This document shows, piece by piece, positions 33,996 through 44,568 of a stretch of 48,366 nt of DNA. The position numbers and the translations under genes were made by a program. Within the stretch, counting starts at the first letter, position 1, and the number at the start of each line of letters is the position of its first letter. The notes beneath the pieces were generated by a model, which was given only the letters and a program-made list of their open reading frames with translations, searched no databases and was not told where the DNA came from. The stretch comes from Candidatus Aminicenantes bacterium (GTDB lineage Bacteria > Acidobacteriota > Aminicenantia > UBA2199), in assembly GCA_030612495.1 (NCBI GenBank), contig JAUWNT010000001.1, forward strand, positions 1-48,366. The letters run 5' to 3'.

Positions 33996-35039
33996 ATGAT
34001 GGAAAATAATAGTTTTTTTGAAAATTACCCAAAAAAGAAGAAATTATCCGAAAGATGTAAGCAACCAAAATTTTGGGCTATATCAATTGTTGCGATTTTT
34101 GTACTTTTCTTTCTAATACTTTTTTTGAAAGAATTAAAAAACAGAATAAGCCCTGAAGAACTAAAAGAATCTATCAAAATCGTTTATCAAAATTCAAAAT
34201 GGGTTAATAAAAAAGTAAGCCCTTATGAAGTAACGATTGTACCTTCTATTACAATTAAAATAAAAAATATTGGGAAAAGAGCATTGAAAAATATTAGATA
34301 CTCTGGAGATTTCTTGTACAAAGAGGGCGGAGGCTTATTGGGTGATGGCATTACTCCAATGTACACAAAACCTTTAGATCCAGGTAAAACCAGTGAAGAA
34401 ATCCTTATAAAATCCTTTCATGGTTATACAGCATCTTCAAAAAAGGCATTTACAATAAACAAACAAAAATGGAAAAAAATTAAAGTTAAAATTTTCGCAA
34501 GAATAAGTTCTGCTTTAGTTAAAATCGGAGAATATCCAATAAAACAGGAAATTGAGGGGATTAAAAATGTCCCAGTGTCTGAATCAGAAGAAAAAGAAAC
34601 AGAAAAAGTAAAAATCACAAAACAGTTAAGGAACTCAATTCAAGTAGTTTGGAATGATACAAAATGGATATATAAAAAGTCAACTCATAAAGAAATCATT
34701 ATTGTCCCAAAAATTTCAATAAAGGTTAAAAACCTTGGTAAAAACCCTATTAAAAATATATCTTTTAAGGGCGATTTTGAAGTAGAAAACACAGGAGAGC
34801 CCTTCAGTTACGGAAGTACGATTGCCTTAAAAAAGCAATTAATTAATAACAATGTAAGCGATATAATTCATATAAAAGCTGAATATGGATACTCAATTCC
34901 ATCTATTCAGGCTCTGGAACAAAACAAAAGCAATATAAAAAAAATTAAAGTCAGATTATATGCAAAATCAAAAAATTCAGAAGATGTCCTTCTAGGGATA
35001 TACTCAATAGAACAAATCGTAAAACAAGATGAAGATTAA
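33996..35039 (+). CDS. Membrane-anchored hypothetical protein built from two tandem copies of a ~125-aa domain
   Basis: TM helix: FWAISIVAIFVLFFLILFL. Repeat 1 (~34167-34544): IKIVYQNSKWVNKKVSPYEVTIVPSITIKIKNIGKRALKNIRYSGDF...KKIKVKIFAR. Repeat 2 (~34632-35015): IQVVWNDTKWIYKKSTHKEIIIVPKISIKVKNLGKNPIKNISFKGDF...KKIKVRLYAK. Confidence 0.6.
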   Translation: MMENNSFFENYPKKKKLSERCKQPKFWAISIVAIFVLFFLILFLKELKNRISPEELKESIKIVYQNSKWVNKKVSPYEVTIVPSITIKIKNIGKRALKNIRYSGDFLYKEGGGLLGDGITPMYTKPLDPGKTSEEILIKSFHGYTASSKKAFTINKQKWKKIKVKIFARISSALVKIGEYPIKQEIEGIKNVPVSESEEKETEKVKITKQLRNSIQVVWNDTKWIYKKSTHKEIIIVPKISIKVKNLGKNPIKNISFKGDFEVENTGEPFSYGSTIALKKQLINNNVSDIIHIKAEYGYSIPSIQALEQNKSNIKKIKVRLYAKSKNSEDVLLGIYSIEQIVKQDED

Positions 35040-35057
35040 GGAGCAAAATTGATTTAA

Positions 35058-37643
35058 ATGAAAACAAGGCATTTAAAAATATTGTTTCTTTTTTTAATTT
35101 ATTCTCTTATGTTTTTTATAATTAATTTAGCAATAAAAAATCTTTTTATTGAAAAATGGCAAAACTATGATGGAATAAACAAATTTATTCTTATAAACCT
35201 AGCAGTTTTCATGTTTCTAACACTTATACTTTTTGCCTTTTTAAAGAAAACAATATTTTCTCCTTTAAAATCTTTATCAAAAAATTTAGAAGAACTCAAA
35301 TCAAAAGACACAAATGAAACAATTAAATACAAAAAAAACTTCTTTTTTCAGCTAAACGATTTTTTTTCAAATACTAAAAATTCATTTATAGAATTATACT
35401 CTAATGTTAAAGAGATAGAAAAATCTAGAGAATATATTGACACTCTTATGCAAACGGTCCATATAGGAATAATTATACTTGACAAGAAATTACACCCTAT
35501 TTATATAAATGAGTATGGCCTCAAAAAATTTGAAATATCAAAAGATGAAGTCAATAGATTAAATATATTTAACCTTATTGACAAAAAAACAATCAAAGAA
35601 CTAACTCAAGAACTTTCTGACAAAAATAATATTGTCGATAAGGAAGCAGCTCTATTTTTAAAAAATGGGAAAAAAATAGACATAAGTATTTCAATATCAA
35701 AATTATTAGACAGTTCAAATAAAATTAAAGGATATATTTCTGAAATACAAGATATTACAAAAAGAAAAAAAGCTGAAAAAAACTTAAAAAGTCAAATTTA
35801 TTTTTCAAGGGAAATATTTAAATCAATACCTGATATGATCTTGATTACTGACATAAATCTTAAAATCATATTTGCAAATCATAAAGCAGAAGGATTTATA
35901 AACAAATCCACCATATTTGAGAAAAATATAAAAAGCTTTTTATCAAATGAATCTTTGAAAAACGGCTCTGATGGCTTTTTTAAAAATGCAATAAAAAACG
36001 GAGATAATATAAAAAAAATAAATATAGTGAACCCTTTTAAATTCGGAGCTAATTATATTGATCTAATCATACAGCCACTTAGAACACAATCAAATATAGT
36101 TGGAAGTTTAATCTTAATCAGAGATGTATCAGAGTGGAGAAAATTAACTTCAAAACTAAAAGACTTACAGGAGTTTATGGGGAAATTAATTGATTCAAGT
36201 CCTTTTGCAATTATCTCTATATACAAAAACAATAAAGTTTCTCTCTGGAACTCAAGTGCTGAAAGACTATTCCAAATTTCAAACAAAAAAGCCATAGGTA
36301 ATAATTTATTTAAAATATCTCCTGTATTTAACAAATATAAAGATGCTATAAACGAAGTAATGATCTTAAATAGGACATCTTCCTTAAGTAATGAAAAAAT
36401 GATTTTAGACAAAAAAAGGAGCTTTACAGCAAATCTCACTTTATATCCAATTTTAAATGAAAGTGAAAATGTTGTAATAAATATTGAAGATATCTCAGAA
36501 ATAAAAAAATTAGAAGACTCTTTAGCTCTAGCTCAAAAAATGGGGTCACTCGGTCTAATCACAAGTGCAATCATACATGATTTTAACAATATTTTAAGCG
36601 GCATCCTGGGATATGCATCTTTGATTGAGAAAAAATCTTCAGAAAATCCAGAATTAAAAAAATACATTTCTTATATTATCGAATCAAGTGAAAGGGCTTC
36701 AGTAATGATTAAACAAATTCTTAATTATTCCAAAAAGAAATTTGAAAAAGGTAAATCATTAAATCTCAACAAGGTTGTTGAAGAAAGCCTAAACTTCATT
36801 AAACTAAATTTAAAGAATATAACCATAATAAAAAAAATATCTGATAAAAATATTTTTTTAAGTGCAGACAAAACAAAAATATCTCAAGTAGTTATTAATT
36901 TATTTATAAATGCTAAAGACGCTTTAGAAAATCGACCCAACCCAAAAATAAAAATTGAGCTAGAAGAAATTTCCATAAGAAATAAAAAAACTCTTAAAGA
37001 CGAATCATATGCAATGATTAAAATAACGGACAATGGGATTGGTATAGAAGAGAAAAATATTAAAAATATTTTTGAAACATTCTTTACAACAAAGGATAAA
37101 AAAGGTGTTGGCATAGGCCTCTCAACTGTTAAAGGCATAGTTAATAGTTGCAACGGAATTATTAAAGTTAAATCAGAATTCGGTGTTGGCACCAGCTTCA
37201 AAATCTTAATTCCCTCTATTAAACAAACAGTTTATGAACCTAAAGAAAATATAAAAGAAAAACATGAACCTTCCATAAAAGGTAATGTACTGTTAGTTGA
37301 TGATGAAGAAGTTATAAGAGAGATAGGAAACGATATGTTAAATTCACTTGGAATAAACTGCATAACAGCTTGCAATGGTGAGGAAGGAATTGAAATATAT
37401 AAAAAAAATAGAGACAAAATAGATATAATTATCTTAGACATAGAATTACCCGGGATTTCTGGAGAAAAGGTCTTTGATATTTTAAAGCAAATTAACCCTG
37501 ACATAAAAATTCTAATAGCAAGTGGATATGGGAAAGATTATCTCGAAAAAAAGATTTTTCAAAGAAAAATCAAAAATTTTATGGCAAAACCTTTTCAATT
37601 AAATCAACTGTCAAACAAATTGAACGAGTTAATAAAAGAATAA
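35058..37643 (+). CDS. Hybrid sensor histidine kinase (2 TM, multiple PAS-like modules, HisKA, HATPase_c, C-terminal receiver)
   Basis: H-box: SAIIHDFNNILSGILGYASL. N/G boxes: NLFINAKDAL, DNGIGI, FFTTK..GVGIGLS. Receiver: VLLVDDEEVIRE...DIIILDIELPGISG...LIASGY...MAKPF. Confidence 0.88.
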   Translation: MKTRHLKILFLFLIYSLMFFIINLAIKNLFIEKWQNYDGINKFILINLAVFMFLTLILFAFLKKTIFSPLKSLSKNLEELKSKDTNETIKYKKNFFFQLNDFFSNTKNSFIELYSNVKEIEKSREYIDTLMQTVHIGIIILDKKLHPIYINEYGLKKFEISKDEVNRLNIFNLIDKKTIKELTQELSDKNNIVDKEAALFLKNGKKIDISISISKLLDSSNKIKGYISEIQDITKRKKAEKNLKSQIYFSREIFKSIPDMILITDINLKIIFANHKAEGFINKSTIFEKNIKSFLSNESLKNGSDGFFKNAIKNGDNIKKINIVNPFKFGANYIDLIIQPLRTQSNIVGSLILIRDVSEWRKLTSKLKDLQEFMGKLIDSSPFAIISIYKNNKVSLWNSSAERLFQISNKKAIGNNLFKISPVFNKYKDAINEVMILNRTSSLSNEKMILDKKRSFTANLTLYPILNESENVVINIEDISEIKKLEDSLALAQKMGSLGLITSAIIHDFNNILSGILGYASLIEKKSSENPELKKYISYIIESSERASVMIKQILNYSKKKFEKGKSLNLNKVVEESLNFIKLNLKNITIIKKISDKNIFLSADKTKISQVVINLFINAKDALENRPNPKIKIELEEISIRNKKTLKDESYAMIKITDNGIGIEEKNIKNIFETFFTTKDKKGVGIGLSTVKGIVNSCNGIIKVKSEFGVGTSFKILIPSIKQTVYEPKENIKEKHEPSIKGNVLLVDDEEVIREIGNDMLNSLGINCITACNGEEGIEIYKKNRDKIDIIILDIELPGISGEKVFDILKQINPDIKILIASGYGKDYLEKKIFQRKIKNFMAKPFQLNQLSNKLNELIKE

Positions 37644-37732
37644 ATGACATATTTAGATTTCCAACATATTTGACTATTAATTAAAAAAGATTTATCGTTA
37701 TAAAGAAGATATATTGGTCTTAAGGAGATTTT

Positions 37733-39364
37733 ATGCAGAAAAATAAATTAACTGGCATGAAAGAGTGGAAAGAATTGAAAATTCATTACAATGAAATCAA
37801 AAAACATAATTTAAGAGAATTATTTAAACACGATAAAGAGAGATCAAAAAGATTTTCAATTTATATAGAGGATTTCTATTTTGATTATTCAAAAAATTTA
37901 ATTACTTCCAAAACAATCAATCTCCTTTTAAAACTTGCAAATTCAAGGCAATTGAAACTCGAAACAGAAAGAATGTTCAATGGTGAAAAAATAAACAAAA
38001 CAGAAAATAGACCAGCTTTGCATATTGCATTGAGAAATATGGATAAAAGTGCAATCTTTATAGATGGAAAAGATATAACACCTGAAGTTTTCTCTGTTAT
38101 TGAAAAGATGAGGGATTTTTCAATAAAAATAAGAAATGGAGAGCTGAAAGGCTTCTCCAATAAAAAAATAAAATATATCGTCAATATTGGAATAGGAGGA
38201 TCTGATCTTGGTCCAAAAATGGTTGTTAAAGCTTTGAAATATTATTCAAAAAGAGGTATAAAACTATTTTTTGTTTCAAATGTTGATGCCAACCATATTT
38301 CTGAAACTTTAAAAGAAATAGAGCCTGAAAAGACACTTTTCATAATTGCATCCAAAACATTTTCAACACTTGAAACAATGACAAATGCAAATACTGCAAA
38401 AAACTGGATCTTATCACATTACAAATCTAAAAAATCCATCCCCTTTCATTTTATTGCTCTCTCTACAAACACAAAAGCAGCAGTTGATTTTGGTATAGAT
38501 TCTAAAAACATATTTGAATTCTGGGATTGGGTTGCAGGTAGGTATTCATTAACCTCCTCTATTGGATTATCTATTATGATCTCTATAGGGTTTGATAATT
38601 TCATTGAACTATTAAAAGGTTTTCATTCAATGGATAATCATTTCAGAAATACTCCTTTTGAAAAAAACATCCCAGTAATAATGGCTCTACTTGGCATATG
38701 GTACAACAACTTTTTCAAAGCTGAAACGCATGCAATAATACCATATAATCAATATCTAAATAAATTTCCTGCTTTTCTTCAACAGTTAGATATGGAGTCA
38801 AATGGCAAACATGTTGATAAAGAAGGGAATGAAATTGAATATCAGACTGGCCCTATAATCTGGGGTGAGCCTGGGACAAATGGACAACACGCTTTTTTTC
38901 AACTTATTCACCAGGGGACAAAATTAATCCCAAGCGATTTTATTGGATTTATTGAACCCCTGAACAATTTAGGAGACCATCATAAAAAATTAATGGCTAA
39001 TCTTCTTGCACAAACAGAAGCTCTGGCTTTTGGGAAAACAAGAGAACAACTTATAAAAGAAGGAACTTCTTTAGAATTAATACCTTTTAAAATATGTAAA
39101 GGTAATAAACCAACAAATACAATTCTTATAAAAAAATTAACCCCTTTCTCTCTTGGTAGATTAATAGCAGCTTATGAACATAAAATATTTGTTCAAGGTG
39201 TAATATGGAACATTTTTTCATTTGACCAGTGGGGAGTTGAATTAGGGAAAACCCTTGCAAAAAAAATCATTCCAGAACTGGATAATTCTTACAATAAACC
39301 TTTAAAACATGACCGTTCAACAAATAATTTAATTAATCTTCTCAAGAAAGGATTTTCTTTATAA
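37733..39364 (+). CDS. pgi: Glucose-6-phosphate isomerase
   Basis: DYSKN, NIGIGGSDLGP, FIIASKTFSTLET, GGRYSL-like (AGRYSLTSSIG), ESNGK, GEPGTNGQHAFFQLIHQG, FDQWGVELGK. AAGGAG SD. Confidence 0.95.
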   Translation: MQKNKLTGMKEWKELKIHYNEIKKHNLRELFKHDKERSKRFSIYIEDFYFDYSKNLITSKTINLLLKLANSRQLKLETERMFNGEKINKTENRPALHIALRNMDKSAIFIDGKDITPEVFSVIEKMRDFSIKIRNGELKGFSNKKIKYIVNIGIGGSDLGPKMVVKALKYYSKRGIKLFFVSNVDANHISETLKEIEPEKTLFIIASKTFSTLETMTNANTAKNWILSHYKSKKSIPFHFIALSTNTKAAVDFGIDSKNIFEFWDWVAGRYSLTSSIGLSIMISIGFDNFIELLKGFHSMDNHFRNTPFEKNIPVIMALLGIWYNNFFKAETHAIIPYNQYLNKFPAFLQQLDMESNGKHVDKEGNEIEYQTGPIIWGEPGTNGQHAFFQLIHQGTKLIPSDFIGFIEPLNNLGDHHKKLMANLLAQTEALAFGKTREQLIKEGTSLELIPFKICKGNKPTNTILIKKLTPFSLGRLIAAYEHKIFVQGVIWNIFSFDQWGVELGKTLAKKIIPELDNSYNKPLKHDRSTNNLINLLKKGFSL

Positions 39365-39400
39365 TTAACTTAGCAATAAATTATCATATAACCCTGCAAG

Positions 39401-41197
39401 TTATGTATCTAAAATTTTTCGTATTTTCAAAGACAAATCTTTCATATCAATGGGTTTTTGAATAAACCCATTACAACCACGTCCCAAGATCTCTCTTGCT
39501 TCGCCCTTTAAGCTATAACCACTTGAAAGTAGAACCTTTATTCTTGGATTTATACTTTTCAAAAAATCATATACTTCTCCTCCACCCATTTCTGGCATAA
39601 TCATATCCAGGATAACCAAATCAATCTTTTTCTGATTCTCTCTATATATTTCTATTGCTTCTTTTCCAGTTCTGGCTTTCATAACTCTATATCCAATTTT
39701 TTCCAGCATCTTTACTCCAATATAGATTACCATATCATCATCATCTACAAGAAGAATAGTTTCATCTCCCCCTAAAATTTTCTCATTACCTACTGTTAAG
39801 GATTCTTTATCTGCTTTCTGTTTAGATGCAGGTAAATATATATTAAATGTTGTTCCTTTACCTTTCTCAGTGTAAACATTTATAATACCTTTATGAGTCT
39901 TAACAATCCGATAAGCAGATGCTAAACCTAACCCTGTTCCCCTGCCTTTCTTTTTTGTGGTGAAAAATGGCTCAAATATCCTCTGTTTTATTGACTCATT
40001 CATCCCAACACCCGTATCAGTTACAGAAATTTTTATATATCCACCGGATTTTAAATTAAATGGTCTAACATAATCTTCATCAAGTGTGATATTTTCTGTT
40101 TTAATATATAGCTCACCACCTCCAGGCATAGCTTGCAAAGCATTAACATATATATTTAAAAGTACCTGACCAATCTGGCCTTGATCAACCTCTACAAAAC
40201 ATAGATCTTCAGCATATTTTTCATATATTGCAATCTCTTTCGTTGTACGACTGAATATCCCTACTGTTTTTTTAACAAGATCATTAACATCAGTTTGTTG
40301 AACTTCATATTTTCCACCAATTGCAAAACTCAAAAGTTGTTTTGTAAGATTAGCCCCATTCTGGACATATTGTTCAAGGTTTTTTAATATCTCATAAATA
40401 GGATTACTAGAACTCATCCCTAAAAGCATAAGTGAAATATTTCCAAGTATACCAGTTAATAGATTATTAAAATCATGTGCAATACCTCCTGCCAGAGTTC
40501 CAATTGCTTCCATCTTCTGGATATTTTGAAGTTGCGTTTCAAGCTTCTTTTTTTCACTAATATTACGAGCAATACCTATCCTTCCAATAATCTTCCCTTT
40601 TGGATCCAAAAGTGATGTTACTTTTAATTCTACAGGAATTTTTCTCCCACTTTTATCTAAAAGTTCAATCTCATAAACAGGGATTTTTTTACCAGAAAGC
40701 CCTCCTTGGAAATTATTAATAGTTGATTCAATATACTCAGGAGCAAGAACATCAGTAAAAGGACGCCCCATCAATTCATGAACACTGTATTGAGCAATCT
40801 TTTCACATTCAGGATTTAAGTAGGTGAACCTTCCCTCAAGATCTAAAGTAAAGACTATATCACCAATAGTTTCAACCAGTGTACGATACTTCTCCCTGCT
40901 TTCTAAAATCGTTTCTTCATCTTGTTTACATTTTCTAATTCCTTTTATAATAATCAACATAACAACAAAGCCAATAAAAGCTATTAAAACTGTTTCACTC
41001 AATGATTCACGCCAGTTTATAAGACTACTTGGAGCTCCAAAAACAAGGTGAGGTATATCAAAAATCTCATTAATCCACACTAAAGTACAAAGTAATATAA
41101 AGGAAAAGAATACAGACATGCATACTTTGTTACCTATAATATGGCTATTTGAATTATTGTTAGACTTTAAATTACTATTTTCCCCATTTGAGTTCAT
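39401..41197 (-). CDS. Hybrid sensor histidine kinase (TM, PAS, HisKA, HATPase_c, receiver)
   Basis: PAS: YRTLVETIGDIVFTLDLEGRFTYLNP. H-box: GGIAHDFNNLLTGILGN. NALQAM, DTGVGM, FFTTK..GTGLGLA. Receiver: ILLVDDDDMV...DLVILDMIMPEMGG...LLSSGY...IQKPI. Confidence 0.88.
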   Translation of the reverse strand: MNSNGENSNLKSNNNSNSHIIGNKVCMSVFFSFILLCTLVWINEIFDIPHLVFGAPSSLINWRESLSETVLIAFIGFVVMLIIIKGIRKCKQDEETILESREKYRTLVETIGDIVFTLDLEGRFTYLNPECEKIAQYSVHELMGRPFTDVLAPEYIESTINNFQGGLSGKKIPVYEIELLDKSGRKIPVELKVTSLLDPKGKIIGRIGIARNISEKKKLETQLQNIQKMEAIGTLAGGIAHDFNNLLTGILGNISLMLLGMSSSNPIYEILKNLEQYVQNGANLTKQLLSFAIGGKYEVQQTDVNDLVKKTVGIFSRTTKEIAIYEKYAEDLCFVEVDQGQIGQVLLNIYVNALQAMPGGGELYIKTENITLDEDYVRPFNLKSGGYIKISVTDTGVGMNESIKQRIFEPFFTTKKKGRGTGLGLASAYRIVKTHKGIINVYTEKGKGTTFNIYLPASKQKADKESLTVGNEKILGGDETILLVDDDDMVIYIGVKMLEKIGYRVMKARTGKEAIEIYRENQKKIDLVILDMIMPEMGGGEVYDFLKSINPRIKVLLSSGYSLKGEAREILGRGCNGFIQKPIDMKDLSLKIRKILDT

Positions 41198-41203
41198 AGA
41201 GAA

Positions 41204-41232
41204 ATTTTAGATTAAATACATATATATTTCAA
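41204..41232 (-). promoter_or_regulatory. Candidate sigma-70 promoter placed for a leaderless histidine-kinase transcript
   Basis: On the minus strand: TTGAAA (41232-41227), 17-nt spacer, TAAAAT (41209-41204), 6 nt (ttctct), ATG at 41197. No SD. Confidence 0.5.
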
Positions 41233-41288
41233 TAGACAAATTCAAAAAAATGATTTTTATTTTTTTTTAATTTATTATAATTATTTTT

Positions 41289-42269
41289 TTATAAAAAACC
41301 CTTTTTTTTCATCCACTCATTATTAAATATTGTACTTAAATAACGTGAAGCACTATCCGGAAAAATCGTAACAATTCTTGCTGACTTTTTAAGAGATTTT
41401 GCCAATCTTAATGCACCCCATATTGCTGCGCCACTTGAACCTCCAGCAAGTATCCCCTCCTGGCTCACTAATTTTCTTGTATATAAAAAAGAGGTTTTAT
41501 CACTTACTCTAAACATATCATCAATAACACTGAAATCAACACATTTGATCAAAAATTCATCTCCAAGCCCTTCAATTAAATAAGGAGCAGGTTTAACTTT
41601 TTTTTTAAAGTAAAAATAATCATAAAAAATCGAACCAACAGGATCAATTGCTATCACCTTTATATTCGGGTCTTGCTCTTTTAAATATTTTGCAACTCCA
41701 CATATAGTACCACCAGTACCAATTCCTGCAATGAAATAATCAATTTTCCCATGCATCTGTTTCCATATTTCAGGTCCTGTTGTTTCATAGTGTGTTTCAT
41801 TATTTTCTCTGTTATTATGCTGGTCCGGGAAATAACAACCAGGAGTTTTTTCTACAATAGAAGGGGTTATATTATTATAGCTATTTGGGGACTCTGGGGG
41901 TAATGAACTGTCAACCATATGAATTTCAACACCTAAAGCTTCCAATTGGTCAATCTTCTCTTTACTTATTCTATCTCTAACAATTACCTTTAGTTTATAT
42001 CCCTTTTGTATTGCAACAAGAGCTAATCCCATGGCAGTATTTCCAGATGAATTTTCTATTATAAGTTGCCCTTCTTTTATTCTGCCCTCCTTTTCTGCTT
42101 TTTCTATCACATATTTTGCAATCCTATCTTTAACACTACCCATAGGGTTTAAAAATTCAAGTTTTGAAAAAATCTCACTTTCAACATCTTTTGTTATCTT
42201 GTTAAGCCTTACAAGAGGAGTATTACCTACAGTACCTAAAATATTGTTATACACATTTTCTTTATTCAT
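41289..42269 (-). CDS. PLP-dependent cysteine synthase / cystathionine beta-synthase family enzyme
   Basis: IGNTPLVRL, NPMGSVKDRIA (PLP lysine), SSGNTAMGLALVA, GIGTGGTICG, GGSSGAA. GAGGA SD. Confidence 0.85.
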   Translation of the reverse strand: MNKENVYNNILGTVGNTPLVRLNKITKDVESEIFSKLEFLNPMGSVKDRIAKYVIEKAEKEGRIKEGQLIIENSSGNTAMGLALVAIQKGYKLKVIVRDRISKEKIDQLEALGVEIHMVDSSLPPESPNSYNNITPSIVEKTPGCYFPDQHNNRENNETHYETTGPEIWKQMHGKIDYFIAGIGTGGTICGVAKYLKEQDPNIKVIAIDPVGSIFYDYFYFKKKVKPAPYLIEGLGDEFLIKCVDFSVIDDMFRVSDKTSFLYTRKLVSQEGILAGGSSGAAIWGALRLAKSLKKSARIVTIFPDSASRYLSTIFNNEWMKKKGFL

Positions 42270-42432
42270 AATTTTATCCTCACTTCTTTCAAAGCATAGA
42301 TTCTTAAAACAATTTTATATTAGTTTAACTGATATGTAAAGTAAAATGGATTAAAGATTTTTTGTTTTGAAATTTTATGTAGATTTTTTTAAAAAAATAA
42401 AGTAGAATTTAAACTAATTTAGGAGGTGCCAT

Positions 42433-44556
42433 TTGAAAATTTTAAAATCTTTCTTCTATATTTTATTTTTTCTTATAATTTCATTCAATCTTTATACAAA
42501 AGAGAAAAGAGCATTCACATTAGATGACCTTTACAAACTAAAAAGCATCTCAAGTTTAAATGTTTCTCCTGATAGCACAAAACTGCTTTTTAAAGTAACA
42601 AAATACTGTTTGAAAAAAGGAGAACAAAATAGTGATATTTTCCTATTAAATCTATTAACAGGACAACAAAATCAAATCACCTACAATAAAAAATCAGATT
42701 TCAATCCTTTCTGGGGTTCAGATGGACGCAAAATCTATTTCATTTCAAACAGAGAAAACAAAGAACAATTATGGGAAATAAGCTTAAATGGAGGCGAATC
42801 AAAAGAGATTTTAAGCTTTTATACTGGTATTTCCTCTCCAAAAATATCAAAAAAGAACAAAAAAATATTTTTCTTATCATCAGTATTTCCTGAATGTATG
42901 GAAAATTGTGAATGTAACAAAAGATTGTCAACCAAACTGAAAGATGGACCTATACAGGCTCATTTTGCTAATTCCCTACTCTATAGACATTGGACTTCTT
43001 ATAGAGATTGGAAATATAGTCATCTCTTTTACTTTGATATAAAAGAAAAAAAGGTTAAACCAGTAACAAATGGAAACTGTGATTATCCTTCATTTTCTTT
43101 AGGCGGAGGAGAAGGTTTTGATATCTCCACTGATGAAAAAGAAATATGTATTGTTTCAAATCATGATAAAAACCAGGCAAATTCAACAAATAGCGACCTT
43201 TTTCTTATCAACTTAGAATCAAAGGGGTTTAACCCAATTAATATTACAAAAGAAAATAAAGCTTATGATGGATCTCCAAAATTCTCTGCAAATGGTAAAT
43301 ATATTGCCTTTACAACACAAAAAATACCTTCATATGAATCTGATAAAATAAGACTTGCAATATATAATAGAAAAAATAAAAAAATAGAAATTTTAACTGA
43401 AGAAATTGATAACTGGGTCTCTGATTTTACCTGGTCTCCTGATTCAAAGCACATCTATTTCACTGTCCAAGAGAAAGGACATTTACCTCTGTATAGAATC
43501 AATATAAACAATAAAAGAAAAGAAAAAATCATTGATGCTGAATATATTAGGGAATTTGTTATAACTTCTGACGGCAAAAGATTGATTTTTACTCGCTCAT
43601 CAGTTGGAGAACCTTATGAAATATGGAGTTATAGAATAGGGAAAAAGAACAGCTTAAGAAGATTAACTTTTTTTAATAAAAAAATCGAAGATAATGTTGA
43701 TATAAGACCAGCTGAAGAACTCTGGATAAAAGGGACAGATAGCAAAAGAATTCATGTTTTTATAGTAAAACCCCATAATTTTGATCCTTCCAAAAAATAT
43801 CCTTTAATACTAAACGTACATGGTGGACCACAAATGCAATGGGCAGATTCTTTCAGAGGTGACTGGCAAGTATATCCAGGTGCTGGATATGTAGTTGCAT
43901 TTCCAAATCCTCATGGTTCAACAGGTTATGGTCAAGAATTCACAAAGGCAATCTCAGGTGATTGGAATGGGAAAGTTATTAAGGATATTGAAAAAGTGAG
44001 TGATTTTCTCGCTGCTTTACCCTATGTTGATGAAAATAGAATGGGTGCAATGGGTTGGTCATGGGGTGGTTATGCAATGATGTGGCTTGAAGGCCATAAT
44101 AAAAGATTTAAAGCTCTTGCATCAATGATGGGTGTATATGATCTAAGATCAATGTATAGTGCAACAGAAGAATTGTGGTTCCCAGAATGGGATTTAAAAG
44201 GTACTCCCTGGGAAAATATGGAATTTTACAAAAACACATCCCCTTCATCATACGTAAAAAACTTTAATACTCCATGTCTAATCATTACTGGAGAAAAAGA
44301 TTATAGAGTTCCCTACACACAAAGTTTACAATTCTTTACAGATCTACAGAAAATGAAGATACCATCACAATTGATTATCTTTAAATACAATGGACACTGG
44401 CCAAACTATGTGAAATCAATGCCTGTTTATTATAATGCTCATCTTGAATGGTTCCATAAATACTTAAGAGGAGGCAAAGCTCCATATAATACTGAAAAAC
44501 TTATAAGAAATCTTGAATTTGATAAGAAAGAATGTAAAAAATGTAAAAAGAAATAA
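42433..44556 (+). CDS. Secreted S9 family serine peptidase (beta-propeller + alpha/beta-hydrolase; acylaminoacyl-peptidase/DPP-like)
   Basis: Signal peptide. TolB/WD40-like propeller repeats (SPDS..L.F, PKFSANGKYIAF, WSPDSKHIYF). Catalytic GWSWGGY, later GEKDYRVP and the NGHW region. GGAGG SD, TTG start. Confidence 0.85.
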   Translation: MKILKSFFYILFFLIISFNLYTKEKRAFTLDDLYKLKSISSLNVSPDSTKLLFKVTKYCLKKGEQNSDIFLLNLLTGQQNQITYNKKSDFNPFWGSDGRKIYFISNRENKEQLWEISLNGGESKEILSFYTGISSPKISKKNKKIFFLSSVFPECMENCECNKRLSTKLKDGPIQAHFANSLLYRHWTSYRDWKYSHLFYFDIKEKKVKPVTNGNCDYPSFSLGGGEGFDISTDEKEICIVSNHDKNQANSTNSDLFLINLESKGFNPINITKENKAYDGSPKFSANGKYIAFTTQKIPSYESDKIRLAIYNRKNKKIEILTEEIDNWVSDFTWSPDSKHIYFTVQEKGHLPLYRININNKRKEKIIDAEYIREFVITSDGKRLIFTRSSVGEPYEIWSYRIGKKNSLRRLTFFNKKIEDNVDIRPAEELWIKGTDSKRIHVFIVKPHNFDPSKKYPLILNVHGGPQMQWADSFRGDWQVYPGAGYVVAFPNPHGSTGYGQEFTKAISGDWNGKVIKDIEKVSDFLAALPYVDENRMGAMGWSWGGYAMMWLEGHNKRFKALASMMGVYDLRSMYSATEELWFPEWDLKGTPWENMEFYKNTSPSSYVKNFNTPCLIITGEKDYRVPYTQSLQFFTDLQKMKIPSQLIIFKYNGHWPNYVKSMPVYYNAHLEWFHKYLRGGKAPYNTEKLIRNLEFDKKECKKCKKK

Positions 44557-44568
44557 ATAAGAAAAAAA

